Notes under the pieces: model-generated
What the model was told of the DNA's origin: nothing
Database searches by the model: none
The model's input: only the letters and a program-made list of their open reading frames with translations
NCBI RefSeq assembly: GCF_018977255.1
Contig: NW_024705213.1
Span: 1-62,032 of the forward strand
Direction of reading: 5' to 3'
DNA: 62,032 nt
Source of the DNA: Callorhinchus milii
Taxonomy: Eukaryota
Position numbers and translations under genes: made by a program
Part shown: positions 52,941 through 62,032 of the stretch, one piece after another
Layout: the number at the start of each line of letters is the position of its first letter
How positions within the stretch are numbered: the stretch's first letter is position 1

Positions 52941-54643
52941 CACTGTAACAAATTTGTATTTTGTTTTGTTCCTGGGTAGTAAGTGTTATTTCCTAATTGC
53001 TTATGCCTCAAAATTACAGAAAATGTCTATTATTCCCCGACAAACTTTGATTTTGTGACTAGGACAGTGTAATTTTGAAATTTACCTATTTTCTAGAACA
53101 TTCCAGATAGATTCAGTGCAGAGTAAACTTGGAGTAACTTCTAGAACATTCTAGAACTTTCCAGTAATATAAATAACCGTATAAATACAGGGGCCTTAAA
53201 CCCACCAGTTCAGTTTAGTTCCAGCTGCCTAAGTGGATACATATCTGCATTTTTCTGAGATGGCATCAAGAGGCTGCAAGCATCCAGCAGACGCATTTTG
53301 CTATGTCTGCGGCCAATTTATCAAGACAGGAGCGAAAAAGTACTCTGTGGAAGCATCTACTAAGATGTGTGAGGCCTGCAAGGCATATTTCGGCATGCCT
53401 GTCAGGGATCAAGACAAACCCTGGGCACCTAATTTCACCTGCGAGCAATGCAAAAAAAACTCTGGAAGGTAAGATGGACAATTGTTTCTCGGAATTTTAT
53501 GTTATAAAATTTGTTTTAAAAAATTTAATTGTAAAAAAAATTATTTTAAATGTTTTACAATTTACAATGTTATTGAAAAAAATATCAAATATACACATTA
53601 GTCATGGGTGAAAGTATGATGAGTACGGCTGGTAGGTCATAGGAGACTTCAAAATGGTGGCAATCCTGATGGGTCTCCAAGGCAGTTTTACCAAGTTTCT
53701 CTGCTCTCTTTGCCTTTGGGACAGCAGGGACACCAAGACGCACTACCACAGGCGGGACTGGCCACATCGGACCGAGTTCTCTGTGGGGAGGAACAGTATC
53801 AAGTGGGAGCCACTGGTGGACCCCAGAAGGTGCTGATGCCACCACTGCACATCAAATTGGGCGTTATGAAACAATTTGTCAGAGCTGTAGAGAAGGAGTC
53901 GGCAGCCTTCAAGTACCTTCAAGACTTCTTCCCTAAGCTGTCTTAGGCAAAGGTCACAGATGGTGTCTTCATCGGACCACAGATAAATAAGATCCTGGAG
54001 TGCAATGAATCCTCCAAGAAGCTCACGAGTAAGGAGAAAACGGCTTGGAACAGCTTTGTCGCAGTGGTTCGTGGCTTCCTGGGCAATCACAAGGTCGAAA
54101 ATTAGGTGGAGCTGGTTGAGACTCTGGTGAAGAACTTTGGCACAATGGGCTGTAGGATGTCCCTCAAAGTCCATATCCTTGATGCTCATCTTGAGTAATT
54201 CAATAACATGGGAGCGTACTCGGAGGAGCAAGGCGAGTGCTTCCACCAGGATATACTGGACTTTGAATGCCGCTACCAAGGACAGTATAACGAGAACATG
54301 ATGGGAGACTACATTTGGGAGCTGATTCGTGAAAGTGATTTACAGTATAATCGTAAATCTCGAAAAACGACTCACTTCTAAATCTTTGCTAGTAATTTTT
54401 ATTACTTTAGTATACAGTAAATACATGTAAATTTTTATTCATATGTTGTTGTTTTTCTGACTTTATGTGAACGAAAAGACACAAATTCCCCGTTTTCTAA
54501 TTGAAAATAGGTACGATTTAAAATATCACTGTCCTGGTCACAAAAGCAAAGTTTGTAGGGAATAATAGCCATTTTCTATACTTTTTAGGCATAAGCAATT
54601 ACGAAATAACACTTACTACCCAGAAACAAAAATTCGTGTTACA
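52941..54643 (+). mobile_element. Decayed Chapaev3-type (CMC superfamily) DNA transposon, internally deleted
   Basis: Long imperfect TIRs (~52941-53095 vs ~54500-54643, e.g. GGGTAGTAAGTGTTATTTC / GAAATAACACTTACTACCC), left terminus CACTGTAAC, and internal transposase remnants. Confidence 0.85.
53260..54381 (+). pseudogene. Chapaev3-type transposase pseudogene (frameshifts, stops, deletion; GT donor at 53469)
   Basis: N-terminal Cys-rich MASRGCKHPADAFCYVCGQFI...QDKPWAPNFTCEQC. Core GDFKMVAILMGLQGSFTKFLCSLCLWDSRD...PPLHIKLGVMKQFV...GPQI...MSLKVHILDAHL...SEEQGECFHQDI...RYQG...MMGDYIW. These motifs are as I recall them for Chapaev3 transposases. Confidence 0.85.
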
Positions 54644-54779
54644 TTCGGATGAATGCAAATCCTCTTGATAATTGTCAAGAGGATTTGATCATTATCAAGA
54701 GGATTTGCATTAGTCCGATTGTCAAATCCTCTTGATCCTCTTGACAATTATCAAGAGGATTTGACATTAGTCCGAATGT
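54641..54779. repeat. Short multi-palindromic element built from CAAATCCTCTTGA / TCAAGAGGATTTG units
   Basis: Terminal IR ACATTCGGA (54641-54649) / TCCGAATGT (54771-54779), with alternating direct and inverted internal units. Confidence 0.85.
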
Positions 54780-57700
54780 TTAAATTTCACGAGCGCCGAG
54801 CTGTTTGAATCTGCCCACAAACCGTTTCAATATTTACGCATGCACACTTTCATTCCAGCAGTCAGGATTGTGCTCGTTGCTGCGCTAACTTAAGAAAAAA
54901 AATTCCCTGTACTGGTAGAACTAAGTGAGATCAAACATAGAATACAAGTGAAGCGGGGGTATATATCATTTATTTACTCAATTACTCATCTCGTGCTGCT
55001 ACGGGCTGCAAACTCTCTACCCGGGAGAACCTGGGGGACGTTATATTTTTCAATCGTTCACTCTTTCAATTTTTAACTTGTCCATCAGAGGGCTTGAACC
55101 TATGATTACAAAAGTAGTGGCTCTTTCCTTCACACCCCCTCCCTCCTGACATGGACACAGGCAAGGGGCCAGCACAGTCTAGGTCAAAGCGGCACAGATT
55201 TATTCTCACACTGGATGAGCAAGCAGCTGGGGTGATTGCGTAGTGCGAGGTGAGGCAAGGTGAGATGTAATATTTTCTCCGCCTAAAATGTTAAGCGGAC
55301 CGCACACACACCGTTGCAGTAACCTCATCGATTGGTCGAACGTGTCGCGTTTGCATAGGGTTTTTATACCAATATATTTAATCTTTGTTTTCTCAAAACT
55401 TTATCCCCAGTCGGATCTCTATTTCTTCCACCTGTACCTAACTTTTTTTCTGGCATCTCGTTCTTCCCACATATTTGCACTGTCTTTTTCGATTTGCGGT
55501 GTATGTCACCGACTGCTTATTTGCACATGTGACTACTTTTTCAGGTGCCTCCTGCTCACATGCTATATTTGCACGTTTTTGTTTTTCATTTGGGTGTGTT
55601 TCGTTTGCAACGATTAAATCCCTTTTTTATAAGTTGTATAACTTGTATTATTAACAGGCCATTGCGTGCCAACTCTACAGTGTGTTTTGATCCAACAATT
55701 AATTGGAAATAAGTCTAGCTTATGTGGTTTAGTAGGCACCCAATGTTTGTACACACTTGCATAAATATACAGAGCTGAAGCAAATCTTATTGAGCTCCAC
55801 GACCGGTTATGGAATTCTGTGCATGCTTTCACTGGGCAGTTTTGGAATTTAATGCATTTACTTTTATTGCAAAATAGGTCACAAGAAGACTAACCTAATT
55901 GGTATGTTGAACAGCGTGCGCATTTGCACACGTACATGTGTGTATGTGCGTGTGTGTACTCTTCATTTACGTTTTATTATTTTGCATATAGTTTCAATTG
56001 TTTTCACCACAGGAACAATATTTTCCAATCGTGCTTATATTGCAATATAAAGCTACATTTGAATTTGTTTTTTTTGACCTTCGTTATCAAATTATGAAGA
56101 GTGTAATTATAGCAGTCGTGGGTGGAACGAAGGCACGGTTGTTTGCACAATGCATCATGAACCCACGATTTGAGCTTTTACTCCAAGCCATAGGTGGAAA
56201 GTGATATCTGTGATCCAGTTGTGAAACCGCTCTTTCCCTGCCTTCGTCAACCAGCACTGACAGAATGTGGTGAAGTATGGTCAGACAACCCCCATGACCG
56301 ACACAAGAGCTGACCATAACCCTCATCCTAAAAGGTAGTAATTGTATCATTATAATCATTGTTACGGCCGCAGAGATATACAAGCAGTGTTCGTTTACGA
56401 ATGCTCGACATGTGAATGCATGAGAGATAATCTGACTGGTACAGTCATCCTGGCCAGCAAAGCTCAGATGCATACGAATTTGTCAAATCCTAGTGAAATA
56501 TGCAAGCGCCATTAATATTTAGTGTTTAAAACAAATCAACCGTTTGCATATGCAAATATATTTTTTCGAGACAATCGATCCCCACCATAACTTATCGAAA
56601 AATATGTCTCGGGACAAAGCGCGTCCATCTGATGAACACGGTACAAAGGACATAATAAGAAATTGCCAGGTGACAGCATCGACGCCTTCAATCGCTTTCC
56701 CACGTCTCCTGCAAGGAGTGCGTCCAACGTAGCATTCACATTTAAGGTGTCCAAATTGATTGAGCCCTTTGTTTCCTATCCCCATTTGATTTTTTCATTA
56801 AAGGCCGCACGCCTGCCCGAGTCCCACCTGTGTCCCACCTGTGACACCCACAGCTCGTGTCGGGCAGCGCTGGCAACTCGGGGTTGGGATGATAGCAGCG
56901 TTGCCGTCACACGTGGCCAAGCGGCACCATCCAACCCCAACAAGCCGTAATAACTGTCGCGATTGAATTGGAGTGACGGGGGCAGGTCTCTTCCCCCCCC
57001 CCCTTTCAATGCATCATCCAGTTGAGGCTTAAGGCATCAGATTTGAAGCTTTAACTTTGAAATAGCCATAAAGTATAGTACTTGGACAGACATATTACTT
57101 AGGTTTTACGGCGGGTGTGGAGTAAAAAAAAAATGCTTTGCAGTTGATTGCTCTTAGTTCAATTCTTACGCGGTCCTTGCTTTTTTCAATCTGAATGGAA
57201 ATTTGCACATCTCATCTTGTCACCGACTTGCCAACAATTGCAGAACAGCACTTCATTTGACTGTCCGAATGCCGCTAAGTCGAAGTGATTTTTTTTGACA
57301 ATATGAGTTATCCAATTAATCAATCAGCTGAACCGTAATTACTGCCCCCGTCTTGCACGTCTTCCTCTTACCGGCGGTCCGCCTGGGAAACTGTTGAAGT
57401 CCGGGCTCCTACATGTTATTCGGCGCCTTGACCAAGACACTTTGAATGTAATGGCGGAGTTGAGAGCGAATGGCGTGGATGAGAGAGGGGGAGTCATCGG
57501 GGAATCTGTGACGCGTAAATTAGAGGGGAGCAAAAATTGACGAGGGCAAAGGATGACGAACGGATCGGATGCATGGGGCGATGCATGGGGCAATGACGGG
57601 GCGACTCCAGCCGCTGTGAGCGGGTCAGTTAGACGGCGAACAGAAGAAGGAGTAACAATACGATGGTCTCTTTTCGTCTGTCGTGCATTCCACGCTTGAG

Positions 57701-57939
57701 CTCTCAGCCCAGGTGTTTATGAATACATGCTGAAATGTGCCCATCGCTTATGGTTGGAGAGCCTTGAAGTGTCTGACAATTCACTCAATTGAAGCAGATG
57801 TGCATGGGTGCATTATTATTATTATTATGTATGGTTGAGTGTTTGTCAAACTGGAAAACGTTGGAGAGAGAGAGTAAAAAAAGTCTGCCACTGGTGTTAA
57901 ACATTGTGGACGTGTTTTTTGACTTGACTATTCTCTCCT

Positions 57940-58217
57940 TCTAGATTTGAAGTTTTCGTGACTGCACGGATTCATACTCTTTGTTTTTTTCTATAGAGTC
58001 ACGTAGGTACAAAAATAAATGAAAAAACAACTAAATTAAATCACGACGTTTCGGAGGCAACACAAGCTTCCGTCTTCAGGTGGAACCGTCACAGCAAAAT
58101 TACTGTATCACTTGACGGAATCTTGTGTTGCCTCCGAAACGTCGTGATTTAATTTAGTTGTTTGTTCATTTATTTTTTACCTACATGACTTCACCGAAAA
58201 AAACAAAGAGTATGAAT
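57940..58217. mobile_element. Penelope-like pLTR fragments in inverted arrangement
   Basis: Arms ~57970-58073 and ~58115-58217 are reverse complements. The region contains a hammerhead motif and is homologous to 59819-59971. Confidence 0.75.
58042..58082 (-). ncRNA. Minimal type I hammerhead ribozyme motif (Penelope-like)
   Basis: Minus strand reads CAC-CTGAAGA-CGGAAGCTTGTGTTGCCTCC-GAAAC-GTC-GTG: CUGANGA and GAAA cores, palindromic ACGU helix III, GUC cleavage triplet, and short stem I CAC/GTG. Confidence 0.65.
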
Positions 58218-59818
58218 GCTTGCATATTGCAATTTATTCAGGATGTCTGAATGCCAATGTCTATAAGAATTGGAAGGGGAGGTGGGGCTGAAGCCTCTCC
58301 ACCAACCTCCCCAATAGCAGCCGGGCCTGTGCAAAGCGCCGTCACACTGTGATCATTTGCACCTCTCTCTCTCTTATTTGCGTAAAACCTCAGTTGTTCT
58401 ACATTACTACGTTCAGTTCTTAAACGCGTTTCAAATCAAATGCAACACAACATGAACAAGCTGAAGGGGTTGTTTTTGTTCTTTAAAACCGAAAGTAACC
58501 AGGGCTCTGATTGTTCTTGGTTGTGGTGGTGGTTGCTGTTGGTGGGAAGATGAAAGTGTTTTTATTTTCTTCCGCAGTGCTGACAAATGCAATGCACCGA
58601 TGTTGAGAAAAGTGATCCCTTGGAAACAAATGGGACTGTCAGTAGTTCATTTGCTGTAATTACAAAGCGATTCAATATTTAAGATATGTTGAATTGTATC
58701 CCGTGTTTCTGAAGCTCCCGATAATACGACAGAAATATTATTAATGATTATTCATTTAAAAAGGCACACCAAATTGCAAGAATGAAATGCGGTACGTAGC
58801 AAAAAATGTAAATGAAATGAAAAAAATTCGCAATATGAAACTGAGAAGAGTAACACATTCGAAATTGTGTGCAGTGGCAAAGAGAACAGAGCAAAGAAAA
58901 ACGCATAAAAGTGATTAAATGTGATAATATTAAATGACGTTAACGTATGCACTTTAATGAATGTGCTTTAACATTACCGCTTAGAAACTTAAACCTCACC
59001 TACATTGCAGGGTTTTAATCTACTACACATCAATACCAATAATGGAAAATCTTTTTAGAAAAAAATATACGTGACATTTCCAAGAATCTAGCCTCAATGC
59101 ATGTGCAATTGGCCACGTTGAAACCCGTTGGTCTCTCCAGATAGATTCACTCTTACTTAGCGGTTTGATTTTTCTATCTCGTTAATACTGGCTGGCATAA
59201 AACATTCCTGGCACGGAATAAAGCACGTTATGCACACCCATACAGGCTGGAAGCATTTCACTAAAGATGTGAGCTACCTTGCAAGTGCACTTGTCAAATG
59301 TTTTTTTTAGTTTCTACAATATTTCATTACCACCTCCGAATAAAATAAAAATATGTTCCTTCAGAGCAAACGGCATGAAATATTTGTAATCTGAAGTTTC
59401 AATACTTTGTGAGCTACACTTTTTTTTGTCTAATACTGTCGAAATGCGCAACCCATGAAACATAAAAAAAAATGAAAAATTAAAGCAACGTCGGTAGCAT
59501 GGTCACAAAAAGCGCGTCCAACTTTTATGATTCGGGGGTTTTTACGGACAAGCTTTCGAAGCAAAGAAAAAAATCACAATGCGGCATTTTGTGAATTGTC
59601 ACCGTACGCAAAAATTTAAGGAAAAAACTTCTTCTCACCAAACGTCACGCGCATTTATCCTGCGTTATACCGGCGATGTATTAGACGTGTAAAAAAAAGG
59701 AAGTTAATTCGGTCGGCTATTATATAATAAGTGGTTGGAGAAGAGGTGACTGCTGCACAGAGGCCTCAGTGGCCACCTGTAAAGATAACGTGGTCCAAAG
59801 ATGTGGCTGTGATGGTCC

Positions 59819-59859
59819 CACCTGATGACGGAGTCTTGTGTTGCCTCCGAAACGTCGTG
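59819..59859 (+). ncRNA. Minimal type I hammerhead ribozyme motif (Penelope-like)
   Basis: CAC-CTGATGA-CGGAG(TCTTGTGTTGC)CTCC-GAAAC-GTC-GTG, with stem II GGAG/CTCC and stem I CAC/GTG. Confidence 0.7.
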
Positions 59860-59971
59860 ATTTTTTATTTTTTTATTTTTATTAATTTTAATTTTATTTT
59901 TTACCTACGTGACTTTACCGAAAAAACTAAGAGTATGAATCCTTGCAGTCACGAAAGCTTCAAATCTAGAA
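59819..59971 (+). mobile_element. Penelope-like pLTR fragment
   Basis: Ends GAGTATGAATCCTTGCAGTCACGAAAGCTTCAAATCTAGA, the approximate reverse complement of 57940-57980. Carries the hammerhead motif. Confidence 0.75.
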
Positions 59972-60672
59972 ATAACCACGTGACTCTGGTCGTACCGTGC
60001 CTTGTTCGCCGCATGATGCCGACACTTCGCTCTCCTGAATTCAATTTCCCGGAGAAGCTCCCGGCACGCGGAGAAAAACGTCGGACATCGTGACGAACAG
60101 CGCTCGGTACGACCCGGAAAATTCCTCGGAGACCCGTACGGCACACCAGTGAACACCTGCGCAGTGGCTATTGTCACCCACAAATGGTCACGGTTCAATA
60201 GGTCCGAGTTGCGGGGGTGGGGGGGGGCCAAAGAGAACAGATCAAGAAAAACCGTGTCTCAGAGGTTGCACATGGAATGAGACACTCGATGATGACGAAT
60301 TATGATGAATTTCGATTCCACATTTGTAATTCCAGAGGTAATCTTTCTGAAGTATGACCACCCTGTCTCTCTGGCCTTTCTCTTCATATGGTTTGAATGT
60401 ATTTTTTCATTTTTCATTTTAAGGCCACATACACTGTGCTATTGACAAACGCGTGGAGTTTGTTGGTCTTGTTACTGCGGCCGGCTGCATCGATGCCTTC
60501 ACGGCCACCTTTAGAAAATGGCAACTTGGCACTGAACAGCTCTGCTGATGAGACCCAGAAGGTCAATACTAGTCTAGACTTTGCTCGCTTAAACAAATTT
60601 ATGCTGGATACGATCGGTCTGGAAAGCCAATAGGTCTGTATATAGTATTTGCATACGGAGACGCAGGACTGA

Positions 60673-60820
60673 AGGTCTGCCCATGAACAGGCGAGCCAAG
60701 GAGTTAGGTCATCATCGATGAGTGGTCTGCCCATGAACAAGTGAGAGGTCTGCCCATGAACAAGTGAGAGGTCTGCCCATGAACAGGCAAGCCAAGGAGT
60801 TAGGTCGTCGTCGATGAGTG
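60673..60820. repeat. Compound tandem repeat (GGTCTGCCCATGAACA units; 23-bp and ~50-bp periods)
   Basis: GGTCTGCCCATGAACA occurs 4 times, and AGCCAAGGAGTTAGGTC.TC.TCGATGAGTG occurs twice. Confidence 0.9.
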
Positions 60821-60987
60821 CATAATGATGGGCCCCCGGTGATCACGGGGATCCGCGGCCCGGCGAGGCGAGGCCTGGCACCACCGTCCTGCGCCGAGCG
60901 ACGCACGCGGCGCATGCAGCCCTGGGAGCATCGCGACGCGGAGTCGAACGCCTGGCACACGGTCACCTCGCAGTGCAGGAACACCTC
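60800..60987 (-). CDS. Last coding exon of a ZP-domain protein (DMBT1/CUZD1/uromodulin-like); probable 1-nt frameshift near 60832
   Basis: Acceptor TGTTTGCAG| at 60988, then EVFLHCEVTVCQAFDSASRCSQGCMRRVRRS...PVITGGP. This has the ZP-C cysteine pattern, a furin site RVRR and an EHP-like GP motif (cf. DMBT1 [23 protein letters not shown]..RSKR...VVLGPIQL, from memory). GC3-rich codons. Confidence 0.8.
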
Positions 60988-61144
60988 CTGCAAACACACA
61001 GCCATCCCAGCAGATGTCACATCCGCGCGCTCGTGCGCTCGATCGCTCGCTCGCTCCCTTGGGGGCGGCGGAGGCGGCGGTGGGGATGGGGGGGAGGGTG
61101 TGCCGCAAGTGTTGATCTCGTTCGCGAAATTAGCCAAGGAAGTA

Positions 61145-61300
61145 ACCGGGGCCGGCCCACGCTGGAGGGACGATGTCGCTCAGCTGCTGGCCTGGGAACG
61201 CCTGGGAATTCTCCAGGAAGAGCTGGAGTGTGGCGCCAGGGAAAAGGAGGTCTGGACCGCCCTGCTCATCTGTCTGCCGCCGCGACCCTCACCAGTGACA
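61145..61300 (+). mobile_element. RTE-clade (Rex3/Expander-like) LINE 3' fragment, in the presumed intron of the ZP gene
   Basis: Translates to PRWRDDVAQLLAWERLGILQEELECGAREKEVWTALLICLPPRP, close to the fish RTE C-terminus RWRDYVSRLAWERLGxPPEELEEVxGEREVWASLLRLLPPRP (from memory). Confidence 0.75.
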
Positions 61301-62032
61301 AGGGGACTGAGAAACGAACGAGAAACGAAGTAATCGTGTCAATCAAGTGGGGGTTTTGGGGGGGGCGGGGGGGGCATTTTTAGTCAACGATCGCTACGGG
61401 TGGATGCTGAAAAAGATCTCGGGCGTCATTGATGACGTTGACTGCTGACCCGCAAAAGAGCTGAGCGTGACCGACTACGACGAGACAGAGTTGTGTAAAT
61501 GAAGATGCGGGCAGGCCAAAGATAATTTTGAAACGTTATTGAAGAATGCAGTGAGCTGAGAAAAGGCAAGCAAAAAAAATGAATTCGATGCATATGCATA
61601 AAAAATAAGATTGTCTGAGTTCACACTGATTGGCTGACCTAGCACAATATTGGGCAGGACAATGTTGTTACCTCCTAGTTTCGAGGTGGCTGTCGTGGGA
61701 AATCTGATATCTTCAGGACGGCAAAAAAAAATCCCAGTGTTTTGTCGGTTTATTAATAATACACCAACGATGCATTAATCGTAGTTCTCCTCTTCCAGTA
61801 TTATATTCGATAGCCCCGTTCCCACGATATTTCCTGGTGTTTTTGCATCTCGGACGTGACAACCCGAACCACGAAGGGAGAATGAGGGTCACGTTATGTG
61901 GAAGACTGCATTCGAGGGTAAAGGCGCAGCGCTGAAATTGCTTCCTCACAGCACTGCCGGCAGAAGGGCCTCCACGAGAGAGAGAGCTCCCCACCCCCTC
62001 CCCGAGAGGGTATTGGCACATTCCTCCCAATG

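Noticed and set aside
53743-54279. 178-aa minus-strand ORF
   Set aside because: Antisense shadow of the transposase pseudogene.
60424-60560. Possible plus-strand exon (polypyrimidine/AG acceptor; ...WSLLVLLLRPAASMPSRPP...)
   Set aside because: No recognisable homology, weak donor, and it lies antisense to the better-supported ZP exon's 3' region.
60818-61383. 171-aa and 136-aa plus-strand ORFs
   Set aside because: Explained by GC-rich antisense of the ZP exon, a GGC low-complexity tract and an RTE fragment.
61713-62030. 105-aa minus-strand ORF as a candidate upstream ZP exon (FTLECSLPHNVTL)
   Set aside because: Only a vague resemblance; the expected ZP-C motifs and clear splice sites are not evident.

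Overview
The window has two very different parts. (1) Flanks 1-1201 and ~43250-62032 look like ordinary repeat-rich eukaryotic (vertebrate-like, possibly lamprey-like; organism is inference only) genomic DNA. They contain a decayed Chapaev3-type DNA transposon, a 429-bp hAT-type MITE with an 8-bp TSD that carries a 176-bp copy of nearby DNA, a solo LTR with a 4-bp TSD, several RTE-clade LINE 3' ends, Penelope-like inverted repeats with minimal hammerhead-ribozyme motifs, tRNA- and 5S-derived SINE remnants, an inverted pair of Helentron/DINE-like elements, minisatellites, and one convincing host exon (C-terminal ZP-domain exon, DMBT1/CUZD1-like, minus strand, ~60800-60987). (2) A ~42-kb block starting right after a 30-N gap (1232 to ~43250) in which I can recognise no genes, repeats, microsatellites or compositional bias. 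Its ORF lengths and homopolymer runs fit random sequence, so it looks shuffled, synthetic or artefactual. I cannot support a novel biological system in that block; the only non-trivial signal I noticed there is one exact 18-bp direct repeat ~7 kb apart.
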